A DNA stretch of 61,222 nt, filler included, from Dugesia japonica (lineage: Eukaryota), in assembly GCA_001938525.1 (NCBI GenBank). It is 5 parts of 5 records of this genome, joined end to end, with 100 filler letters (N's around TTAATTAATTAA, not from the genome) between each part and the next. Parts side by side here need not be neighbours in the genome. Positions count along the whole stretch, not along the records: positions 24,631 to 39,095 come from MQRL01506934.1; positions 39,196 to 50,461 come from MQRL01592477.1; 3 more parts are not named here. One strand, written 5' to 3'. The position numbers and the translations under genes are program-made. The first letter of the stretch is position 1. The number at the start of each line of letters is the position of its first letter. Below are positions 27,053 to 40,129 of this stretch, piece by piece. A model generated the notes under the pieces. The model did no database searches, was not told the DNA's origin, and was given only the letters and a program-made list of their open reading frames with translations.

Positions 27053-30026
27053 TACGCCAATCACTGGCTTAACGAAAATTCGTTTTACGAAATTTCGCTA
27101 TAACGTAATTTCAAAATTGAACCAAAGTCTCGGTTTACGTAAAAAAATTCCGATTTCCGAAATATTTTACATACATATTTTACCTTTTTGAATTTATTTT
27201 TTCATCAATTTAAGCAGTCCATGCAGGAGAGAGAGGGAGAAAAATGAAGGAGAAAAAAAGTGTTTTTTGTAGTAATATTTTAAGAGTGAATAGTTAAATG
27301 AAAAACAACGTTTGAACATCTGGTTCTAAATTGTTGTCATGTTAAAATAAAGAGATTAGTTATTGATTCGTGTTATGTTATTTTAATTAAAAATTACATA
27401 AATAAATAAAATATTTAAATTATAAAGTTTTATTTTTATAAAAATATAAGAATCAAGGGTAAGTGTCTTTTTTTGGGGAGGTGAGATCAAACATAATTGA
27501 TTTTTTTAAAAATTTAAAAAGAAATAAATTTTGAATGGTTTTATTTTTAACATATGTTCTAATCTTTATTTTGATATTTTAAAAAGTATCTGCTAAAAAA
27601 GGCACGAATGAAAGATTTTTGAACGTCTATGGCGGAGCTTAAAAAATTCATATGAGCTTCAAATGGTACTATAGATATAAAAAAAACAAGTGGCTTTATT
27701 TGACATTTTATATATTTTAAAAATTAAAGTACAACCGATAAAATACAATTTATTAATAAGATCCATTTACAGTAAATATCGGTTTTTTGATAAAATTATA
27801 ATTTAAATATTTTTATTAAATTTAAAAAATTGTGTTCTATTTCATCCCCTCAAAAGTAGACACTTAACGAATTAAACCCTAAAAATGCCACCAAAAATGA
27901 AAACTTCTGAAAAAGACATTATTAAAAAAGTTGGAAAGCAATTAGCTTAGAAAAAAAGTTAAATCTATTGCATCGTTTTGAAGCAGATGCAAAATTAACA
28001 GAAATTGCACGCAGTTTGTAGCTATCATTACCTACAGTAACAAGTATACGGGAAAATAAATCAAAAATTAAAACACATTCAGAATCAGCAGCCCCACTAA
28101 GTGCCGCCAAATTAACACACAACAGAAGTATGATCATGGGAAATATCTAAAAGTTTTTGGCATTATGGATCAAAGATAACAAACAGAATAATATCCCTAA
28201 GTATACACTGACTATTCAAGAAAAGGCCAAGTCTCCTTTTAGAAATTTAAAAAATGGTGATGCTGCTGAAACGTTGCAAGATGAATAATTCAATGCAAGC
28301 CAAGGGTGGTTTAAGAAATTTTAAAAACCTTCAGAACAACTGCAACGTAAAGATGAAGGGTGAAGCCGCCAGTGCTGATATCGTAGCTGCTAAGGAATAT
28401 CCAAATATTTTAAAAAAATTATTGAGAATGGAGATTATCGTCCAGAGCAGATATTCAGCATAGACGATACTGACCTGTTCTAGAAAAGAATGCCTGGCCG
28501 GGCATTTTTTGTCAGGAAGAAAAGCATGTACCCGGATTTCAAATATCAAAAGAGCGTTTAACACTTCTTCTTGGGCACAATGCTCCTGAGGATTTCAAAA
28601 TAAAACCTCTTCTAATATATCTCTCTAAAAACCCAAGAGCTCTGAAAAGATCAGTTAAATCCCGCTTGTCAGTTATTTGGAAACCAATTATAACAGGGTG
28701 GATGACTTCATCCATATTCAAGGAGTGTTTTAAAAAGTTTTTTTGCAAGTCGGTAAAATCATATTTAGAAATCCAAACCTTTAGAAATAAGGCATTATTA
28801 TTGATAGACAGTGCTCCTGGACATTCCATCAACTTATCAGACTCCTCTGGTGTTGTAAAAATCAAATATTCGCTCAAATATATTACAGCTCCGATTTAGC
28901 AAATCGATCAAGGGGCGGTTTCAATTTTCAAAGCGTATTATTTACGAATAACATTTAAGCAATTAATAGCTGCTACCGATGAAACAGATCGTGGATCTAT
29001 TACGGAGTTTTGGAAAGCATACAATATAAAAGATTCTTTGAAAAATATTGGAGAAGCTTGGGCTGAAGTAAAGTAATCCACGTGAAAGTTTGTTTGGAAA
29101 AATATTTGTTCGGAAAAAATCAATGCAGACGGTGTTATTGCTGAAGTTCTACCAGAAATTCTTCAAAACATTAGATCTATGTAATCAACTTGGTTTTGAC
29201 GATTTCAAAGATTCTGATGTTTTAGACTTAATAAAAACTCATGGTAGTAGTCTTTTCGATGAAGATTTGCTTCACCTGGAATAAACTCGTTCATCCAAAG
29301 TCAAGGAGTAACAGAATGAAATAAATATCGAAAATTTAGCCCACCAACTTACTACAATGGACTTGTCTGATGCGCTGTCAGATTTTGAAGAAGGAATAAA
29401 GATCCGATAGATGAACGAAATTCCAAGGTTTCTCAAGGCATCAGTAAGGCTATCAGTTGCTAATAATAGCTTTACAGGGAAAAACGAAATGCGGTGAGAA
29501 ACAAACGCTAGACTCATTTTTCCAACCAGTGGCTTATTACATATCCATGTTCTTGGGGACAGGATTGAAAATTTTACTTCCAGTAGTTCAAAGTTAGATT
29601 CAACATAGCAGTCCGATTGAAACTCTTAACCATAGAAATAATAGGAATAAAATCGATATTTAAATGCTTTTAATAAAGTAATTTTAAGATTTTAAGTTTA
29701 TGTATATGTTCCTTGAAATGTTTTCTTACTTAGAAGTTTTTTTTCGTTTGCTAAAGTATGTTAATACATATAAATAAAAAAAATAAAACTGTTTTTGTTT
29801 TTAATTGTGTAAGCCTTACATATATGTATACATTTGTGATAGACAACTGAAATATATTATAAACTAAGGTGAACTGAATAGCAACATGTTATTATGTACA
29901 TAAACATTTTGATTAACCAAAACTGTCTAACACAATTTCGATAACATAGTTTTGTTAAACGAAATTTGGTTTTACGAACAACTTTTCGTGAACGAATTAT
30001 TTTCGTTTAGCGATGGATAGTTGTAG
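27053..30026 (+). mobile_element. Tigger/pogo DNA transposon with decayed CENP-B-like transposase (27885-~29500)
   Basis: MPPK..KAISLEKKLNLLHRFE..TEIARSL*LSLPTVTSI (HTH-psq), FNASQGWF, GEAASADIVAA, QIFSIDDTDLF*KRMP, KERLTLLLG, LLLIDSAPGH, DQGAVSIFKAYYLR; degenerate TIRs with CGAAA/TTCG subrepeats at both ends. Confidence 0.9.
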
Positions 30027-30424
30027 TTATATATTAGATAAAAAATATTAATATTAAATGAGTTACTATTAAATTTTAAGTTATTTTTAATATAACTTGA
30101 AAATATCAGAGCAAATTTTCCCTTTGAGAAATCATTAAATATGTTGGTCTACAATATTACTTTATAGTATGTTAATATACAGCAATAATATAATTATTTC
30201 AATTGTTTAAAGTACTAAATTTTAAAATTAAAAACTAGCGTTTTTATGAATGACATTTTTCGCTTTTTTATAATTTAATTAGCAAAAGAATTGATATTTA
30301 TATTATGGCTGCTTTTACAATTTTGAAACTTTTCTGAATGGAAAACAATAAATATAGAAATTATTTAGTAAAAGGAAATAAACTTACAAAACCGTATTAA
30401 TTTTTATTTAATGTGTAAATTATT

Positions 30425-30589
30425 ATGAAATTTATAAGACTACCTCCAATTGGTCAAAAAAATGGGGATGATAATATACAACAATATTTTCATCAGATAT
30501 TGAGAGGTTGCATAGATATTAAAGAAATAAATGATCCACAACCTAAGGAAATTCGTATATTTCTCAGTTCAACTTTTACGGATTTTAAA
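30425..30589 (+). CDS. Exon 1 of a DUF4062-domain (NWD1/NWD2/TEP1-like NACHT-WD) gene
   Basis: MKFIRLPP...QILRG...PKEIRIFLSSTFTDFK followed by a GTAATT donor; IRIFLSSTFTD is the DUF4062 signature. No downstream exon identified. Confidence 0.72.
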
Positions 30590-32030
30590 GTAATTTTTAA
30601 GATCATATATTAATTTTAATTAATACCTTATATTCATATACATCTGATTTAATTTAATATTTGTAATTCTAAATTTTTATATTAATTTTGTAATTTAATT
30701 ATTATTATTACTTTTCAAACTATTTTTATTTCAAATTTTAATAACTTTTTATTTCACAGTAATTATTAGTTTATTATTTAATTTTGAAAAAATCGTAATT
30801 GACATTTTCATTGCTTTCACTTTATCATAGTTGAAAGGAAATTTTTTCTTTATTTTTTTGTGAATTTTAAATAATATTTGTAAGAAAGTATTTATGTCGA
30901 AAAAATTTATAATTTTGATGTAATAGATTCCCCTAGTATAACACATTTTGTCCATGGCGCAACAAATCAAATTATTGGTCTAGTAATATGCAAGTTTTTA
31001 ATTTATGGATTAATTATAGATTATTTCTGTAATAATCAAAAATTAAATAGTTCATTGTTTGGTCTCACAACAGATTGCGAACGAAAGTCAATTGATTTTT
31101 ATTCGTCATTTAGATTTGCTTCTTTTTGTTAGGTGTCTTATATTGGAAAAATCTGAGAACTGTTGATCTATACATTTACAAACAATTTATTTGAAACTAG
31201 AAAATTATTCTTACGATAGGCGACATTATTGGTTGAATATTATAACAATTTACAGCTAAAAATCTATTTTATGATTTCCAAACAAATCTCCCCTCTTACT
31301 AAAAGATCCGCCAATACATCTTCAAATAAACAAAGGTAAACAATCACGAAGTACTAATTTTCGGTCGGTTTTAGTTGAATTATAATTTTCGAATTTTTCA
31401 AATGGCTATCTTCACTTGTAATTTCTACAAATTTTAGATGGAATAAAAAGGTAAAAAGTGTTTTATGGAAAATTTACTGAAACATTTACTGAACTTTGAA
31501 ACATTTTACAACTGCTTCAGAAAGAAATATTGACAAGTTCAACAATCAACATATTAAATCATGAAAAAATAATGCTTTTTTTAAAATTTATTCCATAAAA
31601 GAAGTAATTAGTTTTATTTTAAACTTGAAAATAACTTAAACAAAATAAAGCAATAATTATAAAATATTTTTTTACAAGAATTATAATTTCAATTTTTATG
31701 TGTTTCTGTGGTTTCCATTATCATTTCGGTTTGTTAATATTCTCTGAGTTTATTTTAAGAATTTTCATTTCAGTTATCTTTCGAAAAATTTTATTTTCTC
31801 TAAATATAAACTTTTTTATTTAAATTATTTTTTATATATTTATTTTTTATTTAAATTTTATTTATTATTATTATTATTAATATTGTTAGGAATATATTAT
31901 TAAATATATTATTATAATAAAATATAAATTATATNNNNNNNNNAAAATATAAAATGTAAAATATAATTTGTTATTTTTGTTGTAAATGCTGTAACTTGTC
32001 TTTTTATTTTAATCATAAATAAAAAAAAGT

Positions 32031-32067
32031 CAATTCCTGACGAAGACAAGGTCGAAATATCGAATTG
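32031..32067 (+). ncRNA. Minimal hammerhead ribozyme motif, copy 4 (best formed)
   Basis: caattc-CTGACGA-A-GAC aag GTC-GAAA-TA-TC-gaattg: 6-bp stem I, 3-bp stem II, palindromic ATAT in place of stem III, AUC cleavage triplet. Confidence 0.7.
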
Positions 32068-35000
32068 TTATCAAATATCAATAAATGAAAAACAAAAATT
32101 TTGATCGAAGCTTTTATTTTAAATGAATTCTAAAAAACGGTCAATGTTTATGTCCAACAACTATTCTCGCAATAATTGCAATTGTAAAATAGATTTATTA
32201 TTTATAATTAAAGCTCCATTTATTATTCCAACTTTAAGTGTCATCATAAATAAGTGTAATTATCATTTATTAATGCTGTGAAAGAAAACCATTAGAAATT
32301 AGTAAACATATGTAACTGATTCATTGGAATAATATTTAGAGAATTTACTACTTCACTCGAGCCTGAGACGTAGGTCTAATTAAAATTTGGTAATGATTAC
32401 TCTTTAACCAATAACTCATCTTTGAATTGGTAAATATATACTTTTACTGTGAAAATTTATTCTGTTGGTTTATTAATTTAATTCCAATTTGACACCTGCT
32501 GCTGAATAATCAGATTGTTGTTTTTGTTTCAATATAGATAGTTTCAATATATTTATATATATAGTCACGGTTGACAACCATTAATGATTATTTTAATAGA
32601 TTTTGTTATTTCAATTACACTTACTAAATCATGGTCAAATAAATTATAATTGTCAATTTTGAAGTCTAATAATGTCTACATTTTCTCTATTTTAATGTTT
32701 TAAAAATCATCTTAATACACTTTAAACTGTTTGTCAATATTTCAATCGGTTTATCAAAGCAGAAAAAAATATTTAATATAATAATTACTTCTGACAAAAA
32801 AATCGAAAAACATTAGTACGTTACCATGTTGGAAACGGAACAATATATGGTAATCATGATACACATCTCTGCTAAAGTAAATTATAATTTAAAGTAGGCT
32901 AGTCCAACTTAGTCATGNNNNNNNNNNNNNNNNNNNNNNNNNNNNNNNNNNNNNNNNNNNNNNNNNNTTTTATTTGAATAAAATGGTTTATAATGTATCG
33001 AAGTTTATTATCTCCTTCAGTCGTTTTTTTTAGCATTTTCAGACGCCTGGCTTACTGTTCGAACTGTCACTATGAAGACCCCCTCTCGATCTGAATAATA
33101 TTTTATGATCTTGGCCATCATCGGACAAGATTGAGCCAAAGCTAGATCTCTTTCCTTTAGTGTAGTATTCCTTTCTCGCAACTTCGCGTTCTTATGTTGC
33201 AGTTCCATGATCTCGTTTTGCAGCGTTTTGTGCATGGAGCACTATTTCTTTATCAAATCAGTCATGGAGCCATAATTTTTTAAGTCTTTAAATTAGACAC
33301 TGAATATAAAAGATTTGATCAGTAATTTATATGTTTTACTATTTTTAATATAATTTAATAATGTATCATATTATTCTTTTAATGGTAGAATCTATTTATT
33401 TCAAGACTTTACAAGGAGTACAAATGAAAAGTAAAAAGCCAAAAAAGCCGAAAAAACTTTCCCAACTAAATACATTGGAAAAATTAAAAGCAGTTAATCC
33501 TATTACATAAAATTTCACCTATTAAATTAATCTCATGATATAATTTGTGTGCAAAATGTTTTCCCAACTAAATACTTCGGGAAATTTAAAAACCGTAACG
33601 TAATATTACCTAATATGATGCAATTTTTAAATTACTAACATTAGGATTATGTTTCGTTACATCACTAATCCTGGGGATGCTGAATGTGTGTTGTTCCGGT
33701 GCGCCACTACCTCCCTACCTTCATTCATCACGTTATTAAAATATCAGTGATCAAATGATGTTAATTTTCAAACGTCTGTGACTGATTTGTCAGCACCGTT
33801 ATCTAATGGGAGGAGGATCTGTTGTAATGCCGTTTCAATCTTCGCAGATAATCTTTCTATTTGCTTTTGGAACTCAACGGCTTCTTGTTGGATGGATTTT
33901 ATGTGATTCGTTAAGTGGTTTTGTTGTCTGAGAAGCTCAGTGGTTCTGTGAAGAGGTTTACCAACTCTCCTTCTCTTTCACTCTTTATTATATTGCTTTC
34001 TGCCATCTCTAAAGACACGGATTTCATATTTTCTGTTAACTTCGTCTGTTGTCGTAAATGTTGACGAGATCGATTAAGCAAATTTTTAAATTCACCCTCC
34101 TTTTCATTCTACAATGTGATGACCTCTCCTAAGCTCATCTGTTGCCTTTCTTCTTAGGTGTCGAGGCGTTCCTGTAAGACATCGAACTTGGNNNNNNNNN
34201 NNNNNNNNNNNNNNNNNNNNNNNNNNNNNNNNNNNNNNNNNAAGCTTCCTAGGTGTTTCTGTTCTTGTAGCAACAGTTTCTCTTCTAAGGCCGCAATCCA
34301 AATATCTTTATGATGAGGTTTATCTTTCGTTATCCACCATGGTTCGGAATCAGTCTCTTCGAGCTCCAGCAAATCCCACAAATTCGGCATCTCATTGATG
34401 GATTATGTATTGAAGGACCAACCTTCCTTACTCACAATATCCTCCACGTCCACTTTAATGATTCGTCTTGACATTTAGATATAGTAATTAATTTCGTCAC
34501 GATAATCATTATTTAATTCANNNNNNNNNNNNNNNNNNNNNNNNNNNNNNNNNNNNNNNNNNNNNNNNNNNNNNNNNNNNNNNNNNNNNNNNNNNNNNNN
34601 NNNNNNNNNNNNNNNNNNNNNNNNNNNNNNNNNNNNNNNNNNNNNNNNNNNNNNNNNNNNNNNNNNNNNNNNNNNNNNNNNNNNNNNNNNNNNNNNNNNN
34701 NNNNNNNNNNNNNNNNNNNNNNNNNNNNNNNNNNNNNNNNNNNNCTGTTTCACTTTTTTTACTTTATAAGCATTTTTATCCAATATGAAAATCTTCACTA
34801 AAAAAATACCCGTCTCTGTGACTGTAACGATTGGTCCATGATTCTTTTATTACCAAGAAAAAATTGATGTAATAAATTTATGTTGATGGTAATCTTTAAA
34901 CTCAAACTAATGCCATTCAAATAACTTTAATCTATATCACATGATTAAAATTAACTAAAACCAAAAAAANNNNNNNNNNNNNNNNNNNNNNNNNNNNNNN

Positions 35001-35249
35001 NNNNNNNNNNNNNNNNNNNNNNNNNNNNNNNNNNNNNNNNNNNNNNNNNATAAATTAAAATTAGAATTATATTATCATTAATTATAATACATTTATAATA
35101 ATTTCAAAGATTCAAAATCACATATCTAAAATTATGATGAAGCCATAGAGTATAAAGGCTACATAAGTTAAAAATTCAGTAAATAAAATTAACAAAATTA
35201 TTAATCATCGATAAAAAAAATGATAAATCATAAAAATAATAAATTCAAA

Positions 35250-35810
35250 GTACAAATTCATTAAAATAAAAGCTTCGATCAAAATTTTTTTTTGTTTTTA
35301 ATAATAATTCTAATTTTCGAATTTGTCTTCGTCAGGAATTGACTTTTTTTGATTTATTTAATATTTATTTTTACAATAGTAATTTCCTTTAAATTAATTT
35401 TCTTTCACTAAATTTTAATTGATTAATTTTAATTTTTTAATTTTAATTTTTTAATTTTAATTATTTAATTCTTATAAATTACATTGATTTTAGGATTATC
35501 TTCTTTAATTAGTAATTCTTCATGTTTCTTTCCTTGAAGTGTNGAAATGTAGCCTGTCCATGGTGTTTTCAGATGTTTTGTGAAGTTGTACTGGTGAAAT
35601 TTTATGTTTGTGTTGAAAATGTTTGAAGACCTTACTTTCTTGTTGTTTCAGATGTTCATTAATTCTTGTTCAAATGGTTCTGCATGTTTCACTTATGTAT
35701 GTTTCTTGACAAATGGTGCATGTTATTTTGTAAATGACATTTTTCTTATTGTATATATTTCTACCATTACAAATGCATTTGGGACCACAAAAGTTTTATC
35801 TTGAATAAAA
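35250..35810 (-). mobile_element. Penelope-like retroelement 3' end: GIY-YIG endonuclease relic plus hammerhead-bearing repeat
   Basis: Minus strand KKNVIYKITCTICQETYISETCRTI*TRINEHLK (Penelope GIY-YIG with CxxC), followed downstream by the hammerhead at 35306-35340. Confidence 0.8.
35306..35340 (-). ncRNA. Minimal hammerhead ribozyme motif, copy 5
   Basis: aattc-CTGACGA-A-GAC aaa TTC-GAAA-AT-TA-gaatt on the minus strand; one stem II mismatch. Confidence 0.58.
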
Positions 35811-36125
35811 AACATTTCATACACAATCATAATATTCATGTTGACTACAATAATCAAAAATGGAAAATAATAGATTCCTACAATATATATCAGCACTTCA
35901 TAGAAAAAAACACGAAGAAATTTTAATCATAAAATTTAAACCAAATATTAATATAATTTTTAATAATATTATCAAATCAAAATAAGGATAAAAACATTTA
36001 ATTCAAAAAAATTGATATTAACCTTCAAATTGAATAAATCAATCACAACTCCTGAAGAAGATAAAATCGAAAAATTGGGTAAAAATAAAAACGGTTTTTT
36101 TGAAACTTTTTTGATCTAAGCCTTA
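35810..36125 (+). mobile_element. Second Penelope-like 3' end, opposite orientation, with hammerhead copy 6 (36048-36080)
   Basis: WKIID..HRKKHEEILIIKFKPNIN resembles the GIY-YIG C-terminus (R..E...I....P.LN); actc-CTGAAGA-A-GAT aaa ATC-GAAA-AA-TT-gggt follows. Confidence 0.6.
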
Positions 36126-36162
36126 GTTTATTTTCGTAATTTTGAAAATTTTTAATTTTTTC

Positions 36163-36227
<65 letters not shown>

Positions 36228-37325
36228 NNNNNNNNNNNNNNNNNNNNNNNNNNNNNNNNNNNNNNNNNNNNNNNNNNATAATAATAATAATAATAATAAT
36301 AATAATTATAATTAATACAATGTTGCCAATAATTGTTACTTAAAATATTTGTTCAACTTTCCAAAGATTTATGTGGAAAGTTGTATTTTCTTCACATTAT
36401 TTTATAATAAGTAATATCATAAAATTATTATTATTATTATTATACAATACATATTTTTTCCATATTACGATAAATAATTGTTTTCATTATTCAAGAGTAT
36501 TCAAATAAAGCGTTGTTATGTTGTTTAAAAATGAAAATAGAAAAATTGCTCTACAATACTTTTCTGGTTTTCTCTAATATCTTCTGCATACCGTTATCTA
36601 TTGTAGAATAATTATTAAATTGTCAGAAACGATTGTTATTTCATTAAATTTTTTGTTGGTCCTAGAAAAATGAAAAAAGCAATTATTCAACAAACCAATA
36701 AACTGTGTGGCTTAAATTCTGACAAAGAATTTGATGAAGAATACATTTTTTCTTTAACACTAATTACTTTGACAACCAAATTATTTCTTGAGTTTTTTAA
36801 AACAATATTTAATCATTATCAAATTAGACTGTTAGAACTGTATTTGAAATCTGTATTTGATAAAGGGAAATTTATTATATTTGATAACAATGGAATAAAT
36901 GATTTGTAAATTTTACAACTATATAAATTTAATTTTTAAAGAATTTTGTTTCCAATAAACTTCTAAAACCAGTACTAAATAGAATTATTCTTTCTTGAGT
37001 ATATTTATTGCTACCATTTTTTTCAGAAAAAGATAAATTATGCATATCCGAATTCAGTTTGATAATATTAATAAAAATTTAAAAGGACAAAATTATTGGT
37101 TCCATTCAAGATCTTTTAATTTCAATTTATTCTATATTGTAAATTTAAAATTAAGCTTTGAAAAATAAGGTAACTCTTTAATTTTAAACTCGCACAAAAG
37201 TCATAGTCGTAAAAAATCTTTTCCTGTATGTTTGTCCAACTTTCACTTACATTTGTTATTAATTTAATACGCATACCTCTGATACATAGTTTATTTGTTT
37301 ATTCGAATCAATTTCTTGACCTTAT

Positions 37326-37440
37326 TTGATTTTGAAAACGGGTGATACAGTTAAACAAAAAAGTTGCCTTAAATTTTGTGTGAAAAATAAAGTTAATGTT
37401 ACAGAAACGCTTAAAATGATTCAAAAAGTATTTGGTAATC
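37326..37440 (+). mobile_element. Mariner N-terminal fragment
   Basis: KQKSCLKFCVKNKVNVTETLKMIQKVFG, a typical mariner HTH start. Confidence 0.65.
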
Positions 37441-37454
37441 ATCGAAAAAACTGT

Positions 37455-37692
37455 GGGACACTATATCACAGGATACTATATCACTTTGACCTTGAAACGC
37501 TTCGACCAATCATATCGCAAGATACTGTATCACTTGGATATTGAAACACATCGAACAATCAGAATGCAGAATACTATATCACTTTGACCTTGAAAATATT
37601 TCGACCAATCAGAATTGAGTATACTGTGTCAGTGACCTTGAAAAAATTCTTCTGGGGGAGGGGTGGTACAGTGCGCTACTATCTATCTGCTT
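37455..37692 (-). repeat. ~49-bp tandem repeat (about 3.5 units) ending in a Polinton-like terminus
   Basis: Units ATACTATATCACTTTGACCTTGAAA....TCGACCAATCA; the reverse complement of 37660-37692 is AGCAGATAGATAGTAGCGCACTGTACCACCCC. Confidence 0.7.
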
Positions 37693-37920
37693 TTCTCTAT
37701 GTTCTATTGGGTTTTAATGTATATTTTCACTTCATATTTTTATAGTTCTCACTTTATTAATCTTTAAAGAGTTTGATGTAGTAATAAAATGAGACATTTA
37801 ACTGAGTCATAGTAAGCAATAACTGATATGAAATGCTTCTTATTGAAAATAATATAACTATTTCAGTATATTTTAATCAAATACTTGTACATCCTTGCAC
37901 TTTGGTTTTCATGAGTACTA

Positions 37921-38227
37921 GGTAGATTGGTCAGCATGACCCCATCATTTTGATTGGTCAATTCTGCTCCATCTCTCCTCCCCCAGATCGATAATCATTG
38001 ATTATCGATTATAGATTTTTGATTATTGGTTATTGATTATCGGTTTTTTATCTGATTGATTATTGATATTTGACGTGAATATTGATTTTTAAAGTGATTA
38101 TTGTTTTTTAAAGTGATTTTTGATGCAAAAGTTTGTATTTGAGTGCTAGGAGGAGGGGGAGGGAGGTTGTAGAGGGCGAGGTAAGTATGTGTTGGAATTG
38201 ACCAATCAACATAATGACCAATTTACC
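37921..38227. mobile_element. MITE-like element
   Basis: Terminal GGTAGATTGGTCA / TGACCAATTTACC, internal inverted TGATTGGTCAATTC / GAATTGACCAATCA, C-rich versus G-rich arms. Confidence 0.6.
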
Positions 38228-38299
38228 GCGGATTTATTTTAATTAAGTCTAGTTGTGGGAATTTCAAATTTTATGTTTTAATTAACACACAAATTAAGC

Positions 38300-38906
38300 G
38301 AGGAAAGGTCGTGAATTAAAAGAAGATGCTCCTAAGATGAACATAACNTTTTCTTCTTTAAAAATATATAATACCTGTAAAGCTTTATTTGTAGAACTGT
38401 TCTTTTTTATCAGGTTTAACAGCACTTTTGATGATTCTCTTTGGCATTTGTTTATTATCATATTTTTACTTAAAAGATATTCGCTTTATATCTTTGACAG
38501 TTCCAATAATATTGGAAAAATTGATGATGTTGGCAACTGATGAAATGGTTGAAATTCTAATGTTCGTTACAAGTTATGAATTGATACTTTCTAGCTTTCT
38601 TTTTAGTTGAATATCCAGTTTCATCATTCGATGATAGTTGAACATTGTAGAATTTCTCATTTTCTTTGTTTTGTTNNNNNNNNNNNNNNNNNNNNNNNNN
38701 NNNNNNNNNNNNNNNNNNNNNNNNNNNNNNNNNNNNNNNNNNNNNNNAAATTTTTATTTTTTTGTATAAAAAATGTAAAATGTGAAAAGACAAAAAATCC
38801 ACTAATAAAAATAAGATTTGATACAAAACATTTTAACACAAAACATTTTGTTCAAAAAATTAAAAAACTGAAAAATCTTCGCGGAACCCCGGTTGGGAAC
38901 CACTGC
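38300..38906. mobile_element. hAT (Buster-like) relic with intact end GGTTGGGAACCACTG
   Basis: CGCGGAACCCCGGTTGGGAACCACTG is a typical Charlie/Buster terminus. A similar end (TTGAGAATCACTG) lies at ~17457-17469. Confidence 0.55.
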
Positions 38907-39095
38907 CCTAGTAATAAGTCGCATAATATTTTAACCAACAGCACTCCGTCACGCCTCTCTAGTAGTCAAACTGATACATTACACTCAAAACAAACTAAGT
39001 AGAAATTAGATGGGGCTGCACAAAGCCAGTAAAATTTATTTTTTTAAATAATCATAAGAATTGTAACGCTTGTTGCAAAATGGACATCAGCGTAA

Positions 39096-39195
39096 NNNNN
39101 NNNNNNNNNNNNNNNNNNNNNNNNNNNNNNNNNNNNNNNTTAATTAATTAANNNNNNNNNNNNNNNNNNNNNNNNNNNNNNNNNNNNNNNNNNNN
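39096..39195. other. Artificial contig spacer
   Basis: N44-TTAATTAATTAA-N44. Confidence 0.93.
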
Positions 39196-40129
39196 CAATT
39201 ATAATGATTTTATCCGAATTCCAATTATAATAATGAACATTTGGTAAAAATTTCAATAATTGATCGGAAATTAAAATAATATGTGTTGTCGGATGAAATT
39301 TTTCTGAAATAAAAAAAGAATTTAATTGTTTCTCTGTAAAAAATTGGTGGTTTAATTGTTCCCATTTTTTTATAAATACTGTTGTCGAATTCATTATTTT
39401 CACCATTAACTAGCAAGCTATTCAACAGTTTGAATTTTCTTTCAATTCACAACTGAGCAAAATTTTTATACTGTAACGCTTATTGTTTACGTGTTAATAA
39501 TAATATATATTTGAAAGGTTAATTTTTATTTTTTGATAAGGAACACTATATAGTATATTTAGAAATATTATTACATTTATATTAATCATATTAAGGTACA
39601 TAAACAATCTATCTTTTAGTATATTGGGATTATTTTAACAAATTTTATTGAAAAATATAAACTCACGTATTTGCTGATTTACTTTGGTAATTAATCCCCC
39701 AAAGTATCTCAACATATGAATTAATGTACTGATCACATGAGCTTAAGTAGATAGACACCTGACAATCTAATAAAACAAATCTCAGCCATTCTAACATCCA
39801 AATAAGACTTTCTAAAGACGGGATACAGCATATCCCCCCATGAACTACTGGGTAAATAATCGACTCGTGAAATGTCAACAAATTTCTGCTAGCTTCTGTG
39901 TATCTACTATTAGAAGAAAGAAATCTATAGTATGAATTTAATAAATCAAGAAAATAGAAACATCGAAATCTAGATGCTTAAAAAAAGCAAGGCTTTCCAA
40001 AAAAATAATTTCTAACATACTAATTTTCTATTTCACAGTGAAATTTGCAAGGCACCTTGTAGAAAAGTTATTAATTTAAGTAATCCTCTAGAATAAAACA
40101 ATCATCTCAATTATGTTGATGATGGTTTG

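Noticed and set aside
37455-37645. CRISPR-like appearance of spaced repeats
   Set aside because: Whole units are similar, with no unique spacers; no cas genes; eukaryotic context.
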